DNA from: Lama glama
Lineage: Eukaryota
Length of the DNA stretch: 64,000 nt
Direction: 5' to 3'
NCBI GenBank assembly: GCA_028534125.1
Contig: CM052817.1
Location: forward strand, 93,808,001 to 93,872,000
The notes beneath the pieces are model-generated. The model was not told the DNA's origin and searched no databases. It saw nothing but the letters and a program-made list of their open reading frames with translations. Positions 24,851 through 37,290 of the stretch are shown here, one piece after another. The position numbers were made by a program, and so were the translations under genes. How positions within the stretch are numbered: position 1 is the first letter of the stretch; each line of letters starts with the position of its first letter.

Positions 24851-27655
24851 AACACTCTGGGCCAGAAACTGTGCTTCGCCCACTGTCTCCCTGCAGCCCT
24901 CACTCACCTTTCCTTCTCTTCAAGCTCTTTCTGCTACACTCAGCCACAGTCTGCCGTGAGCTGGATAGAGTGGAGGGGGAAGAGGGCCAAAAGGGACAAG
25001 CAGTCCAGGTGGTCCTGCGAGGATGTGGATCACACTTGGGGAGCCCATTACACAATTGAATTTCTCCTCCATGGCTAGTGCTGAACACACCCATTTTGGA
25101 AAAAAGAAAAAGAAAAACAACCACCTGTGTTGTAGTTGGGGCTTAAAGCAATGGGTAAGTTCTGTTTGTAGAGATCTGCCTGCAAGACGAGACGACTTTC
25201 TCATTGGGCAAGAGTTTCAGCCTTTTCTTAAGAAACAGAAAGACTGGAAGAATAGCAGGACATCCAGGTGCCAAAGCTTTGCCACTAAGTTGAAAAGATG
25301 TTCACCATACCCGTCCTCTAACTTTAAATGGAGCCTTGGTGCACGTGTGCGATTGTGCATGTGAGTATGAAGGTTGCCACACTTCCAGAAGTACTAAAAC
25401 ATTCTGTCTAGAAGACAGAGTTGAAAAATAGATGTAGCAACTGTCTTTGTGGAAATGAACACTTAATGTGAGATACCCAGAAAACCCTCTTGTAATTAAA
25501 ACACAAATATATGCTGACCAAGACCTTACAGACCTTTTACAGGGTTGCTGTGGGAAATGGGACATATCTGTGCACATCATCTAGGAAGTTTAAATTCTGG
25601 GGAAAGAGAGAGAATGAATCAGATGCATATACCACATGACTTTTTAAAAATCCATCAGTCAGCCTGATATTTACCTTTTTTAGTTATTTGGCAGTGTCTT
25701 CCTTGAATAAGCCTGGCTTCCATGACTTATTAAACTTATTCAGCATCCACTTTTACAAACCTTGAACTTTTAGCCACTTGTGCCCCCCAAACATAACTCT
25801 ATTTGCCAGTGAAGGACAAAATATTTTTCATTTCCTTTTGAAATATCTTTGTAGGGCCAGAGGTCAAAGGTGACTCCAGTAGTTACCTTGCTGTCTAAAG
25901 CAATAAAATCAAGCCAGAATCTGCAGGGCTGGCATCACATTCTCCTTTTTAGTGAAGTGGCTCATACTTTTTCATTGTTTGGATTCATTGTTCCTGGAGA
26001 TTTTTATTTCAGGTGAGACTGGTATGGCACAAGAAGGACTCTCCACTTTTGTGAGCTTTTACTATTAAAAGTCTCTTCCAAAATATAGCACCAAGTATGA
26101 CATAAGGGTTTTTCGTTTGACGGTTGTTCATTTATATTCATGATAACTTTATAGACCAAGTCAGTTTTCATCCCAATTTTTAAAAATCTAACATTGGAAT
26201 AGTGACGTTTTGACACTCTTACATTAAGATAATCTCTTGTGTGTGCATATATATGTGTGTGTGTATGTGTGTGTGTAATTAAATTTGTTAGTGATGTTAC
26301 TAGAAATAGAAATTTGACCCAACTTAAGTAAAAGGGGGGAACTTGTGTAAGATACCCAGCTATCCATGGAACCTAAGACAGGAATGCAACCAGGCATCAG
26401 CGACAGCTTGGAAACAGGGACATGTGTTAAGGACTTTATCTCTCCCTTTTCTCCCACAACCCTGCCTGCTCGGTCCTCTCTCTCTCTCCCTCTTCCCTAT
26501 CTCTCCCCCCAATACACTGACTTTCTCTGCTTCTCTGGTGTGCACTCAGTTGCATGGTCACCAACGGCTCTTGAATTTTATAACTCTTCAGCTAGTTTCA
26601 AATTCTCAAGGAAGTGCCATGATTGGCTGCCAAGCTCCAGTCCAGACAACCATGCTAGGGGCTCAAGGTCCAGTTGCATTCCCATAGCAGTGACTACAGC
26701 AATCAGGTGGATAATAATGGTGAACTGAGGCGAGAAGGGAAGGGAAAAAAATCCCAGAACATGGGGAGGAGTATAGGTCCTTCCTGACCACTCTCATCTC
26801 CAAATCCTTGTTGTTCCATGAATAATGGCACAAAAGGCAGAAAGAGGCGGGGAGGAGAAACTTTAGCTGCCACGACATCTGTGTGTGTGGGTGCATATGC
26901 ATGTTTAAATACTGAGTGAGGTGGAATGCCTCTTGCTGACGGTGATGCTTGAAGATGCTGGTCCCTGTAAAAGTAACAGGACGATTTTATGATCTCTCAG
27001 TGTGGGACTAGATGTGCGTGAGGACAGAATCAAGTATTTCACAGATAGTTTGCTTTAGCTTTTTTTCATGGCAAATTAAATAAGAGATCTTTTTAAATGA
27101 AGAAAATGAGTGTGATACCATTTACATTTATTGAAGATAAACATTCTGCTCTCTCATTTACATAATAGTTATTTCTAAAATGTATATAAATCATATATTT
27201 GAAATTGAACCATAGTTCAAATATAATCAGATGGTGAATCTTAACATTTTCTTTTTTTCTGGTCAGAAACCCCTTGGAGAATTTGAAGAGAACTGTGGAC
27301 TTTCCCCAGAAAAGATATGAGCAGACACACACATATTGATAGTGGGATGATATATGACATATTTATTGGAGATCTGGAACTTCTAACATTGTGTGTCTTT
27401 TGAATTCCTCCAAGCAACCCCATTTGAACAAATGAAACAAAGACTCCAGATTCTTCAACAAAGGATTCAAAATGCCCAGTAAGTATAAGTTAAAAAATTG
27501 GCTGGAGAGTAGGGAGTGCTGGAGCAGGTGTGACCTTGGGGAATGCATTCCCCTCCCCCTACCCCTGCTCTGAAGGAGATGCACAGGAGGTGGAGGCAGG
27601 GGAAGAAGAGAGCTCTTAGAAGGATGGGAGAAAGTTGCAATGTGGGGAAGAATGT

Positions 27656-28341
27656 TGTACACTCATTGCTAGGTCTGTCATAACTAAACACTACACACTG
27701 GGGGGCATGAACAACAGAAATTGATTTCTCATGGTTCTGGAGACTGGAAGGCCAAGGTAAAGGTGCTGGCAGAGCTGATTTCTCCTGAGGCCTCACTCCT
27801 TAGCTTAACAATAACCACCTATCTTTACATCCTCATGTGGCCTTCTCTTTCTGTGCAAGCTCTCTGTGTGTCTAAATAGCCTCTTCTCATAAGGACATGT
27901 TCAGATTGCATTAGAGCCCATCTTGACAGCCTCATTTTTTTAACATTTTTTATTGAGTTATAGTCATTTTACAATGTTGTGTCAAATTCCAGTGTAGAGC
28001 ACAATTTTTCAGTTATACATGAACATACATATATTCATTGTCACATTTGTTTTTCACTGTGAGCTACCACAAGATCTTGTATATATTTCCCTGTGCTATA
28101 CAGTATGATCTTGTTTATCTAGTCTGCATATGCCTATCAATATCTACAAATTTTGAAATCCCAGTCTGTCCTTTCCCACCCCCCACCTCCTTAGCAACCA
28201 CAAGTTTGTATTCTATGTCTATGAGTCCTGACAGCCTCATTTTTAACATGATCATCTATCTCTGAATACAGTCACATTCTGAGGTATTGGGGTTAGGGTT
28301 TCAACATATGAATTTGGGGAGACACAATTCAGCCCATAACA
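27656..28341 (-). mobile_element. MLT1A/B MaLR LTR split by an L1 insertion
   Basis: aacaacagaaattgatttctcatggttctggagactggaag ... acagtcacattctgaggtattggggttagggtttcaacatatgaatttggggagacacaattcagcccataaca. Confidence 0.85.
27940..28228 (-). mobile_element. 5'-truncated camelid L1 3' end
   Basis: L1 3' UTR in reverse; perfect 16-bp TSD tgacagcctcattttt at 27924-27939 and 28229-28244. Confidence 0.92.
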
Positions 28342-28420
28342 ACACGCACTGCATCAAACTCCAAGAGTCTGGGGGTGAAGGTAGGAATACAGACTTCCTT
28401 TTAATATTAAGAGAGCCCAA

Positions 28421-29653
28421 TGCAGAGCAAAGGAAACCAGAAATAAAACAAGAAGAAAACCTACGGAATGGGAGAAAATTTTTGCAAGTGAAACCGACAA
28501 AGGCTTGATCTCCAAAATATATAAGCAGCTCATACAACTCAATAAGAAAAAAATAAACAACCCAATCCAAAAATGGACAGAAGACCTAAACAAGCAATTC
28601 TCCAAGGAAGACATACAAATGATCAAAAAGCACATGAAAAAATGCTCAATATCACTAATTATCAGAGAAATGCAAATCAAAACTACAATGAGGTATCACC
28701 TCACACCAGTCAGAATGGCCATCATTCAAAAATCCAAAAATGACAAATGTTGGAGAGGCCGTGGAGAAAGGGGAACCCTCCTACACTGCTGGTGGGAATG
28801 CAGTTTGGTGCAGCCACTATGGNNNNNNNNNNNNNNNNNNNNNNNNNNNNNNNNNNNNNNNNNNNNNNNNNNNNNNNNNNNNNNNNNNNNNNNNNNNNNN
28901 NNNNNNNNNNNNNNNNNNNNNNNNNNNNNNNNNNNNNNNNNNNNNNNNNNNNNNNNNNNNNNNNNNNNNNNNNNNNNNNNNNNNNNNNNNNNNNNNNNNN
29001 NNNNNNNNNNNNNNNNNNNNNNNNNNNNNNNNNNNNNNNNNNNNNNNNNNNNNNNNNNNNNNNNNNNNNNNNNNNNNNNNNNNNNNNNNNNNNNNNNNNN
29101 NNNNNNNNNNNNNNNNNNNNNNNNNNNNNNNNNNNNNNNNNNNNNNNNNNNNNNNNNNNNNNNNNNNNNNNNNNNNNNNNNNNNNNNNNNNNNNNNNNNN
29201 NNNNNNNNNNNNNNNNNNNNNNNNNNNNNNNNNNNNNNNNNNNNNNNNNNNNNNNNNNNNNNNNNNNNNNNNNNNNNNNNNNNNNNNNNNNNNNNNNNNN
29301 NNNNNNNNNNNNNNNNNNNNNNACAAACAAACAAAAACAAAGCATAAATACAGCACAGAAATAGACTCATGGACAGAGAATACAGACTTGTGGTTACCAG
29401 GGGGGAGGGGTAGAGGGTGGGATTTCAAAATTGTAGAATAGATAAACAAGATTACACTGTATAGCACAGGGAAATATACACAAAATGTTATGATAAATCA
29501 CAGAGAAAAAAATGTGACAATGAGTGTGTATATGTCCATGAATGACTGAAAAATTGTGCTGAATACTGGAATTTGACACAACACTGTAAAATGATTATGA
29601 ATCAATAAAAAATGTAAAAAAACAAAACAAAAACAAAGAATAGGGCAAAAAAA
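28421..29653 (+). mobile_element. Young 5'-truncated camelid L1 (ORF2 C-terminus and 3' UTR) spanning the assembly gap
   Basis: ORF 28505 translates as the L1 ORF2 C-terminus ([21 protein letters not shown]...KCWRG...LLHCWWEC); perfect 18-bp TSD aatattaagagagcccaa at 28403-28420 and 29654-29671. Confidence 0.95.
28823..29322. other. Assembly gap (500 N)
   Basis: Run of N. Confidence 1.
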
Positions 29654-29829
29654 AATATTAAGAGAGCCCAAGAGTTTAAAAAAAAAAAAGTTGTACTCAG
29701 TATTCCCATTGGAGTCTTTGCAAAACCCCGGTCTTAATGGAAGAACCCACAACACGAGGGTGTAAAGTGGAAAAATAAATGGTAGTATGTTTTTTCTAGA
29801 TTCTAAAGGGCTGAGAATTAACGCCTTGC

Positions 29830-30400
29830 CAGCCCCTGGGCTTGCTCACGGTGCCTTAGTGGTGACCAAGGGGCTCCTGTGAGCTGCAGGAGGCCTGGAA
29901 GTTCTTTGAGAAACACAGCCAGTGGGACATGAAAGAGGCCACCCAGGAGGGCAGCCAGACGCAGGACCAAGCAAGGGTGTGGCCTGTTGACCGGTACGCG
30001 GAGACGAGCCTACAGTTCTGTGGCATTGCCAGACCAGGCACGGGGCCAAAGCAATGAGCTCAGAACAGTCAGCAGCTGTGCCCTAGGGTGATGCCGTGCG
30101 TCACTCACACCTGGAGAACAGAGGCCAAGTCATCTCTGCAGAAAATGAGAGGGGTCATCAACACCCAGACATGTCCCGCCAATGTCATGATGCTTCTAAG
30201 TCTCCCCTGGACCAACAAGCTACCCCAGAGGTGAGAGAGAAGGAGGAGAGGGAGCAGCGGTACCTTCAACTGGGTGAGTTTTAAAACAGGATGGACTTGG
30301 TTTAGAAGACTGGCTGGGACTATGAAAACTAAAAGTTTTCTGTTTCTGTGTACAAATGGGTGCTCATAAGTTAATTTTATTGTAGAAAAATTATGTTCTA
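29830..30400 (+). mobile_element. Possible ancient LTR (MamGypLTR-like)
   Basis: GC-richer block ending gagttttaaaacaggatggact...aaagttttctg...aaatgggtgctca, reminiscent of MamGyp LTRs. Confidence 0.35.
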
Positions 30401-31321
30401 CTTTTTATACCTGAGATTTAAAGACCCTGCTGACTTTTAAAAATATATCCTTTATACCTCACATTTTTAATGCATTTTTCAAGTACATAGATTCCTCTGG
30501 AATAGCATCTATGAAGCCAGAGTAAGAATATTTGCCCTAAGGGATCTGGTTTTTAAAATCTGGTTGTATGAAGAATCTTTTCAACTGAAAAGATGCTGCT
30601 AATATGTATAATTTTCCACTAATGTATTATTTGAACTTCTGTTTTCATAGAGTGTCTGTAGGTTACAGCACAATAGCTCACATGATTATATTTAGTAAAT
30701 GCCAGCAAAAGAACAGAATCATAAATGGAGAAATTATAGACCATCACTGGGTAAAGATAGCTGTATTCAAGGAGTAGAGGTGACAGTATTATGCCACTTC
30801 ACTTTGAGAAATATAAAGCTTTTTATTTTAACAGAAGCCTTCAAAATGAAAACATCTGAGTTGTTTTTCTTCCTCCTTATTTTCCAGCAAGTACTTTATT
30901 ACCTAAGAATGTCACCAGTGGCATACAACAAAGGAGAAACTTACATACCAGACATATTTGTAGGGAAGGTTTGTGGTCAGCAGAGCCATTGATGGTAGCG
31001 ATATTCCTGAATATTTTGTCACATCTTGTTCAGCAATGTCTCTATCTTGCATTCCACTCTTCAACATCCAGATAGACCCTTCTCCCTCTGTTTTCAAAAA
31101 CTTCACTACATCCAGTCTTCCTGTCAGTTGACCATCCTGGGTCCCTTCTTCATATAATCAAATTCTCTCATCTCCTAGTGACCTGATTTAGGCTGGAATA
31201 GACCAGCTTTGATCACCAGAGTAAGTCAGAAGAATTGCACCCAACTATATCTCCCGATTAAACCTGTATCTCCAGAGACCCCACCCATCAAGGTTTCATT
31301 TGTTCATCAAGACAAGATTTG

Positions 31322-31545
31322 TTCTTTGAAATCAGACAAATTAGGGCCCCATCATGGTGCTCCCATTCACCAGCTGTGTGACCTTTTGATGAGTGCCTTA
31401 AAATGTCTAAGTTGGCTTCTTTATCTGAAAAGTGAGGATAATATTACCTACCTCAGAGATAGAATGGTTGTGAGAATCCTTTGTGACACCATAAGTTCAC
31501 GAGATGAGCTGGCATCCGCCTTGCACAATGTATCCACCCAATAGC
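31322..31545 (+). mobile_element. MIR SINE
   Basis: ctttgaaatcagac...ccattcaccagctgtgtgacctt...tctgaaaagtgaggataatattacctacctcagag. Confidence 0.75.
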
Positions 31546-31834
31546 CCCTTGCCAAGACTGAAGAAGATGGACATGGAAGAGGAAAAAGTGGAGTTTCAAC
31601 AGGACACCTTCTCATCTGTATGTTTTTGGCTCGGTATTTCACTGTCACCTACAAAATGAAATTTGTCACAGAGGTATTGGTCAGCACCTGTGAACAGCAT
31701 CATCATTCCAAAGAAGCTAAAGGAGCTATAGTCTTTGGTATCTGAGAGGAGAATTTTCCACAAAGCTTGAAATAGAAACCTTCTGCAGAACCACTTCTAA
31801 CTCCCAGTTTATCTTTACAACTGTCTTCCCTATT

Positions 31835-32290
31835 AAATTCCAACAAGCATTTAGTGAGCACCTACTATTCTGCCAAGAATTACATGAACTTCTGGGAATA
31901 AAAAGGTAAAGAAGGAAGGAAATTTGTTTACAGAGAGCACATCATTTAGTAGGTTTAGACTTGATTTTCCTAAACCTATTCTCTTTTATTTATTTACTAC
32001 TCAATTTAACATCACATTTATTGAGTGTCTCGTACACTCAGGGTGCAGGGATGTGGCAACTCAGAGAAGAGCATAACATTTAGCTGAGAGAACAAAATAA
32101 GTATAAAGTACAAAATGAGGAGAGAGATTAAGCTGACATGCCATGAAAATCAGACTACAGAAGTCAAATCTAGTTGGAAGGATCAGAAAAATCTTCATGA
32201 AGGAGATGATGTTGGACACGTGAGGGATTTGGGGAAACATAAGTGGCACAAATTCCACAGAGAGGCATTTCAGTGCAGAGACCAGGCCAG
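31835..32290 (-). mobile_element. L2 fragments
   Basis: caacaagcatttagtgagcacctact; cattttattgagtgtct. Confidence 0.55.
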
Positions 32291-33213
32291 TCCACCTGAT
32301 GAAAATGAAAATGCTCATCCTTCAGAGCAGGTCTCACCGACTCCCAGGGGACCATCCATTTAGCCATCTTCCTTGCTTCCCCAGCACCGGGGACCTGCCT
32401 CAGTTGTATCACCTACTGTATTGGATTTGTTGCCCCCTGTGTCTCCTTCACTGGGTCGTAGGCTCCTCCTAAGAATAGAAACCATGCTTTATTTATTATT
32501 TATTTATTTAATATAACAGATGTGAAGGTTCTAGAAAACCCTGAGCATCTGGAGCTTAGGGAGTTTTACATTTATTTGTTTTTAAATCAAGTTATATCCA
32601 ACTTGAACCTCTCATCATACTTGCTGAAAAATCTGTTAGTTTTTAGGGTCCACTTCACCTCTTTTGGACCTTCTGCTTGGAAGGGGGTCTACTTCGTCCT
32701 GAGGTATCTTCTGACCCCTGGTTTTCTCAGCACTTCTGCCTTCTTCCCAAAGTCATCAGGAACCTTAGAGTCCCATGTAGCACATGAAGATCATGGGAAG
32801 TCATGGCCCCTCCATCCAGAGCCTTCCTCTGTCAGTGCTCTCTAAATGCTGCCCTCAGCTGAGCGTGGAACTTCTCTGAGAGGTGCCATGTTTGGGGTTC
32901 TTCAGAAAATATCTCAGTGGATCTGCTCTTTCTCCCTTGAAGAGTAACCTCTAAAGAATAAAAAGGACAGTCACATCTACATTTCTGTCCTTTTCTCATT
33001 TCCTATCCTTTCTCCCTTCCTGGTTTTCCACTTCCCTCCCCTTTTCACAAAGGCTCTTTTATCACAGCCTCCCCATTCTCCGGCAGCAATTATGCTTCCC
33101 TTTCTTGTAGCAATAATGCCAGAGAAGATAGAGAATGAATCGGAACTAGCATGAAGAGAAAATTCATCTGGGTTATATGAAAAATATTATCCCACGTTAC
33201 ACAAATTGATGAA

Positions 33214-33260
33214 TGTGTGTGTACCTGTGCATGCATGTGTGTGTGTGTGTGTGTGTGTGT
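33214..33260. repeat. (TG)n microsatellite
   Basis: Direct reading. Confidence 0.9.
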
Positions 33261-34627
33261 AACCACTAACTTTTCCAAGACTTATGAAATTCCAGAGTAA
33301 CTTTTCATGTACATTGGAGTATTAGTTTCTATAACATATTCCAGCAAAGTATAAAGTTACAGATATTTTTCTTTGTAAACAGAATGTAAGCTTTTCACAC
33401 AGAATGCACTGCAATATTCTCTAAGGTAAAAGCTGAGAAATCATTATAGATAGCTCAAAAGTGTTCTTCCTTTTAAACATAGCACTTATGGGCAAATAGG
33501 ATCATTTGAAATCTTAGGAAAAGGCTGAGGACATTCATCAATGTGAAAAGACAACCGAAGACAACCATTTTATTTGGTCTAAGATGAAGTAACATTTTAT
33601 AGGACTGAATTTCACTTTCATGAAAGTTATAATGAAAACAAATGAGTGACTCTTTTTATGCTTTCTATAATATAAAAATAAAAACCTCCCTGTCTGCGTT
33701 AGCCTTTTCTGGTTTTGTAACCAAAAGCTCTAGCTGAGACTAGTCTCCAGTGTATTTTAAAACTTTGATAAACAGCGTACTCAGAGATAAGTCAAAGCAG
33801 GAGGCAGGTGAATACTACTGTTTTAAAACTGCGAACATTTTATCAAGTTCTCCAAATGCAATATTAACTTGAACCACGTGGTCAGATTTCTTCTGATTTG
33901 AGAGGAGAAAAAGTGCTTTGGTGGGCTTTTGTAATGGTAAAGCCAAAAAGAATATTATTCTTCAATGGGATGTTCAAAATAGTGAGGGAGCAACGGCTCT
34001 ACACAACAATGAAAAAGGCAGCCCTCATTCTAGGCCCTACTACATCTTTGAAGACAATTATGTTTCCTGGAGGTAGGCTTTGAGCTGGAGGTTAGGAGTG
34101 GTGGATGAGACAGAAACTAGACCTCTCTTTTGCTGGACCTCAAAAGACTTTGAGGCAACTGAACTCCAGGCAGGAAGCCCAAGATCAAAGGCACTTTTTG
34201 TTCAAGGATGCCAAGTGCCCCTTGCACTATATTGGCAGCCCAAGTAACATCCCCTCTCCACCCTCTTCTGCCCCTACATCCCAGGTACCATGATAGAAGG
34301 ACACGGTCTTTACGCTTTAGAAGAAATCCCAAGAAATTGCCTGTTCTTTGCTTGTTCTTCCTCCACTGTCGCTCCTTCCTGTGCCCATCGGTCACCTGTG
34401 AAGCACAGTTAACACAGCAGCAGGATCTCGGCTGAGCCTTGGTGACTTTGTCCCCTCCCGGGTAGATCAGAGGCAGCAGCAATGTGGAGCCGCCATCCTG
34501 GAGCTGGAACGAGAAGATGATTGGTTGAAGGGACTCTAAACTGGAACAAACTGGTAGAACTTAAAAGCATTCTTTGGATCCAAAAAAAAAAAATACTGGA
34601 CCTCCAAAAATCAGCTCCAACTCTTGG

Positions 34628-34943
34628 TTTTTTTATTTTAATTTTTTATTGAAGTATAGTTGATTACAATATTAAAGAATTTTCATGTGTACAACATAGT
34701 GAGTCATTTTTAAAGGTTATACTCCATTTATAGTTATGATAAAATACTGGCTATATTCCCTATGTTGGACAATATATCCTTGTAGCTTATTTTATACAAA
34801 ATAGTTTGCACCTCTTAATCCTCTGCCCTTATACTACCCCACCCCCACCCACCACTGGTCACCGCTGGTGTGTTCTCTGTAGCTGTGAGTCTGCTTCTTT
34901 TTTGTTATATCCACTAATTCGTTGTATTTTTCAGTTTCCATAC
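34628..34943 (-). mobile_element. L1 3' UTR fragment (cetartiodactyl L1)
   Basis: ttttttattgaagtatagttgattacaat...ggctatattccctatgttg...ctgtgagtctgcttctttttg. Confidence 0.9.
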
Positions 34944-36224
34944 ACTTAATAATTTGTTGCAGGGAGGTGTGATCCCCAGAGTCTAGAGAAGCCACACATT
35001 TGGGTGATAGTTACAAGGGACAGAGGTACCCTGGGCAGACATGAAATACTAGGAGTCCGTGGTATTGGTCAGCCCGATGGGTCCCCTCTCTGTACCTCTC
35101 ATTTTTCTCTGCCAGAGAAGCCACTGTCATTGCTGCTACTGGGATCTTGATCACCTCAGAGTGGACAGCTAGGAGTGGCAGGATGAAGAAAACTTGGGGG
35201 CCACTGCCATTCTGAACCAGTTTTGCCCTCTTCTGATCTGCATCCTTCCCTGTGATCATTAATACATCTCAGCGACTTTCACTGTCTATGCTTCTTTTTG
35301 GAGCTTCCTCTTTCTCCTCCTACTTCCAATTGAATGACTTCCTGCATTCTCCTCAGTGCAAATTACAAAGGATAGCATCAGGCTGACTGAGGCAATTAAT
35401 CTCTCTTCTGTTAAGAAGAAAGCCTCTTGCTACTTCCTTCGTTGCTGATGTATGGTTAGGCTGGCCTTCGATCAGGTGTCCACGCTTCTCTAGAGAGTCC
35501 AAAGGACAGCCTAGCATCGTTTCTGAGAGCAAGGAACTGTGAGCTCGCAATTTCAGCTTGACAGGGATATTGGGCATCAGGCCAGTAAAGATCTTTAATG
35601 AAACTAATGCACATTCAGATATGTAAGAAAACAGTTTGGGTGAAAACATACACACATGCAGTGAATTTATGTTTCTGCTAAAGGTCATGAAATCAAAGAA
35701 AAAGGTTCAAGTACTTATCACCACTACAGGCCACGCTTATGGATGGGGTTAAGCCGGCCTGGCAACAAGAAAGTCAAGTCTCTTACTGTTCAGGTCAGAT
35801 TCCTAATATGTTATTCATTGTTGAGCTTTGTCTTTCTGAAATAAGGAAAAAACTGCCCAGATTCTGTTCTGCTTTTTATAATAAAGCATGCAGTTGTGGC
35901 TTTTATTAGTTCCAAAAGAGAAAGCATACCATGTGAAATAGTAAGTGTCCCTTGGTCATCTACATTCCAGGGAGACTGCAGTTTATTTAGCCAAGATTGA
36001 TGAAAGGCTAAATTTTTATGATGCACAAACCCATTTAAACTGTTCTTAAAATGAATAAAGAAGAAAAGTCATTTCTGCACTCACAACTACACTATTACAT
36101 GGTTTTCAGCAATATCTGAATGGTTCTTTCTTTAAAATTGCCTTGGAACATAGCCATTTTTATACAACCTATAGGTATATTTCTTTCTCTAGGAATCTGA
36201 GGAATAAAAATAAAGTCAACTTTT

Positions 36225-36530
36225 GACTTCCTCCTATCAGTCAGACAAGACCCTCAATCAAAATGGCTTACTGGTGGAAGAGGCTCAGGATCAATGTGGC
36301 AGGGACCTATTTCTCCAAGCACCTGGTTTCTGGCCACTGTATCCCTCCTCTCCTTGCAGGTGGAGCCATGTGACACCCTGGTGTCAGTTCAGCCAGTTCT
36401 CAGTTCCAAAGTCCCCTGGTGGGAAGAGCCTGAGAACAGCCACACTACATGGAGGGGCCGGCTTCAAGACACACTTACTGTTCATTGCTCTCAGCTTGTG
36501 TCCAGTGCTCCTGATGGATTTTCCTGGTTT
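36225..36530 (-). mobile_element. Old MaLR LTR fragment (MLT1K-like)
   Basis: Minus strand ggactttggaactgaga...aagccattttgattgaggg; degenerate. Confidence 0.35.
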
Positions 36531-36752
36531 CTGAAACCCAGAACTAAAGACAGCTTTCTGGAAATAAGCTCTGTGACTTGGAAATTGAACTTTCAAAAGA
36601 TTTCTCTCCCATTTTTGACATCAGCATGTCTTCCCAGGACATCCAGGTCTACTTTCTGCTTACTGGGGTCATAGTTACAGCATGAGCAATGTAATGGAGC
36701 AGCGTGTTCTCACGCAGACTCGTGCGACGTCTAAGGAGCCCATGGACCAAAT

Positions 36753-36963
36753 CAGGGGCCAGCACACTGTGGCGTGGAGGCCAAATCTGCCCTAAAGCCT
36801 ATTTTTATAAAGCTTGCAGGCTAGGAGTGGTTTTTACTTTGTTGGGTTGTTTTATTAAAAAAAAAGAGGAAGAAGAAGAATATGCAACAAAGACTATTTG
36901 TGGCCCACAAAGCCTAAAATATTTCCTATTTGGCCCTTTACAGGAAAAGTTAGCCAATCTCTG
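36753..36963 (+). mobile_element. MER58C-like hAT-Charlie MITE
   Basis: caggggccagcacact...gtggcccacaaagcctaaaatatttcctatttggccctttacaggaaaagttagccaatctctg; 8-bp TSD gaccaaat/aactaaat (6/8). Confidence 0.88.
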
Positions 36964-37037
36964 AACTAAATTACCAAACAGAGCCAGAAAGTTGATGTAA
37001 CCCATTGTCCTCTGCTGCTTCCTACTACTTCAAAGGC

Positions 37038-37290
37038 GATTAGGAGTTTAGGATTAATAGACACACATTACTATATATAAAACAGATAAACAACAAGGAC
37101 CTACTGTAGAGCACAGGGAACTATATTCAATTTCTTGTAATGAGAAGTAGTGGAAAATAAACTGAAAATATATATATGTATGTATGTATATGTATAACTG
37201 TATCACTTTGCTGTACACCTGAAACTAACATTGTAAATCAACTACACTTCAATAAAAAATAAGAATTAAAACAAAATAAAACAAAAAAGG
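37038..37290 (+). mobile_element. L1 3' UTR fragment
   Basis: tatataaaacagataaacaacaaggacctactgtagagcacagggaactatattcaa...aatcaactacacttcaataaaaaa. Confidence 0.92.

Noticed and set aside
28505..29467. ORFs over 200 aa
   Set aside because: Artefacts of the 500-N gap; the real part is L1 ORF2.
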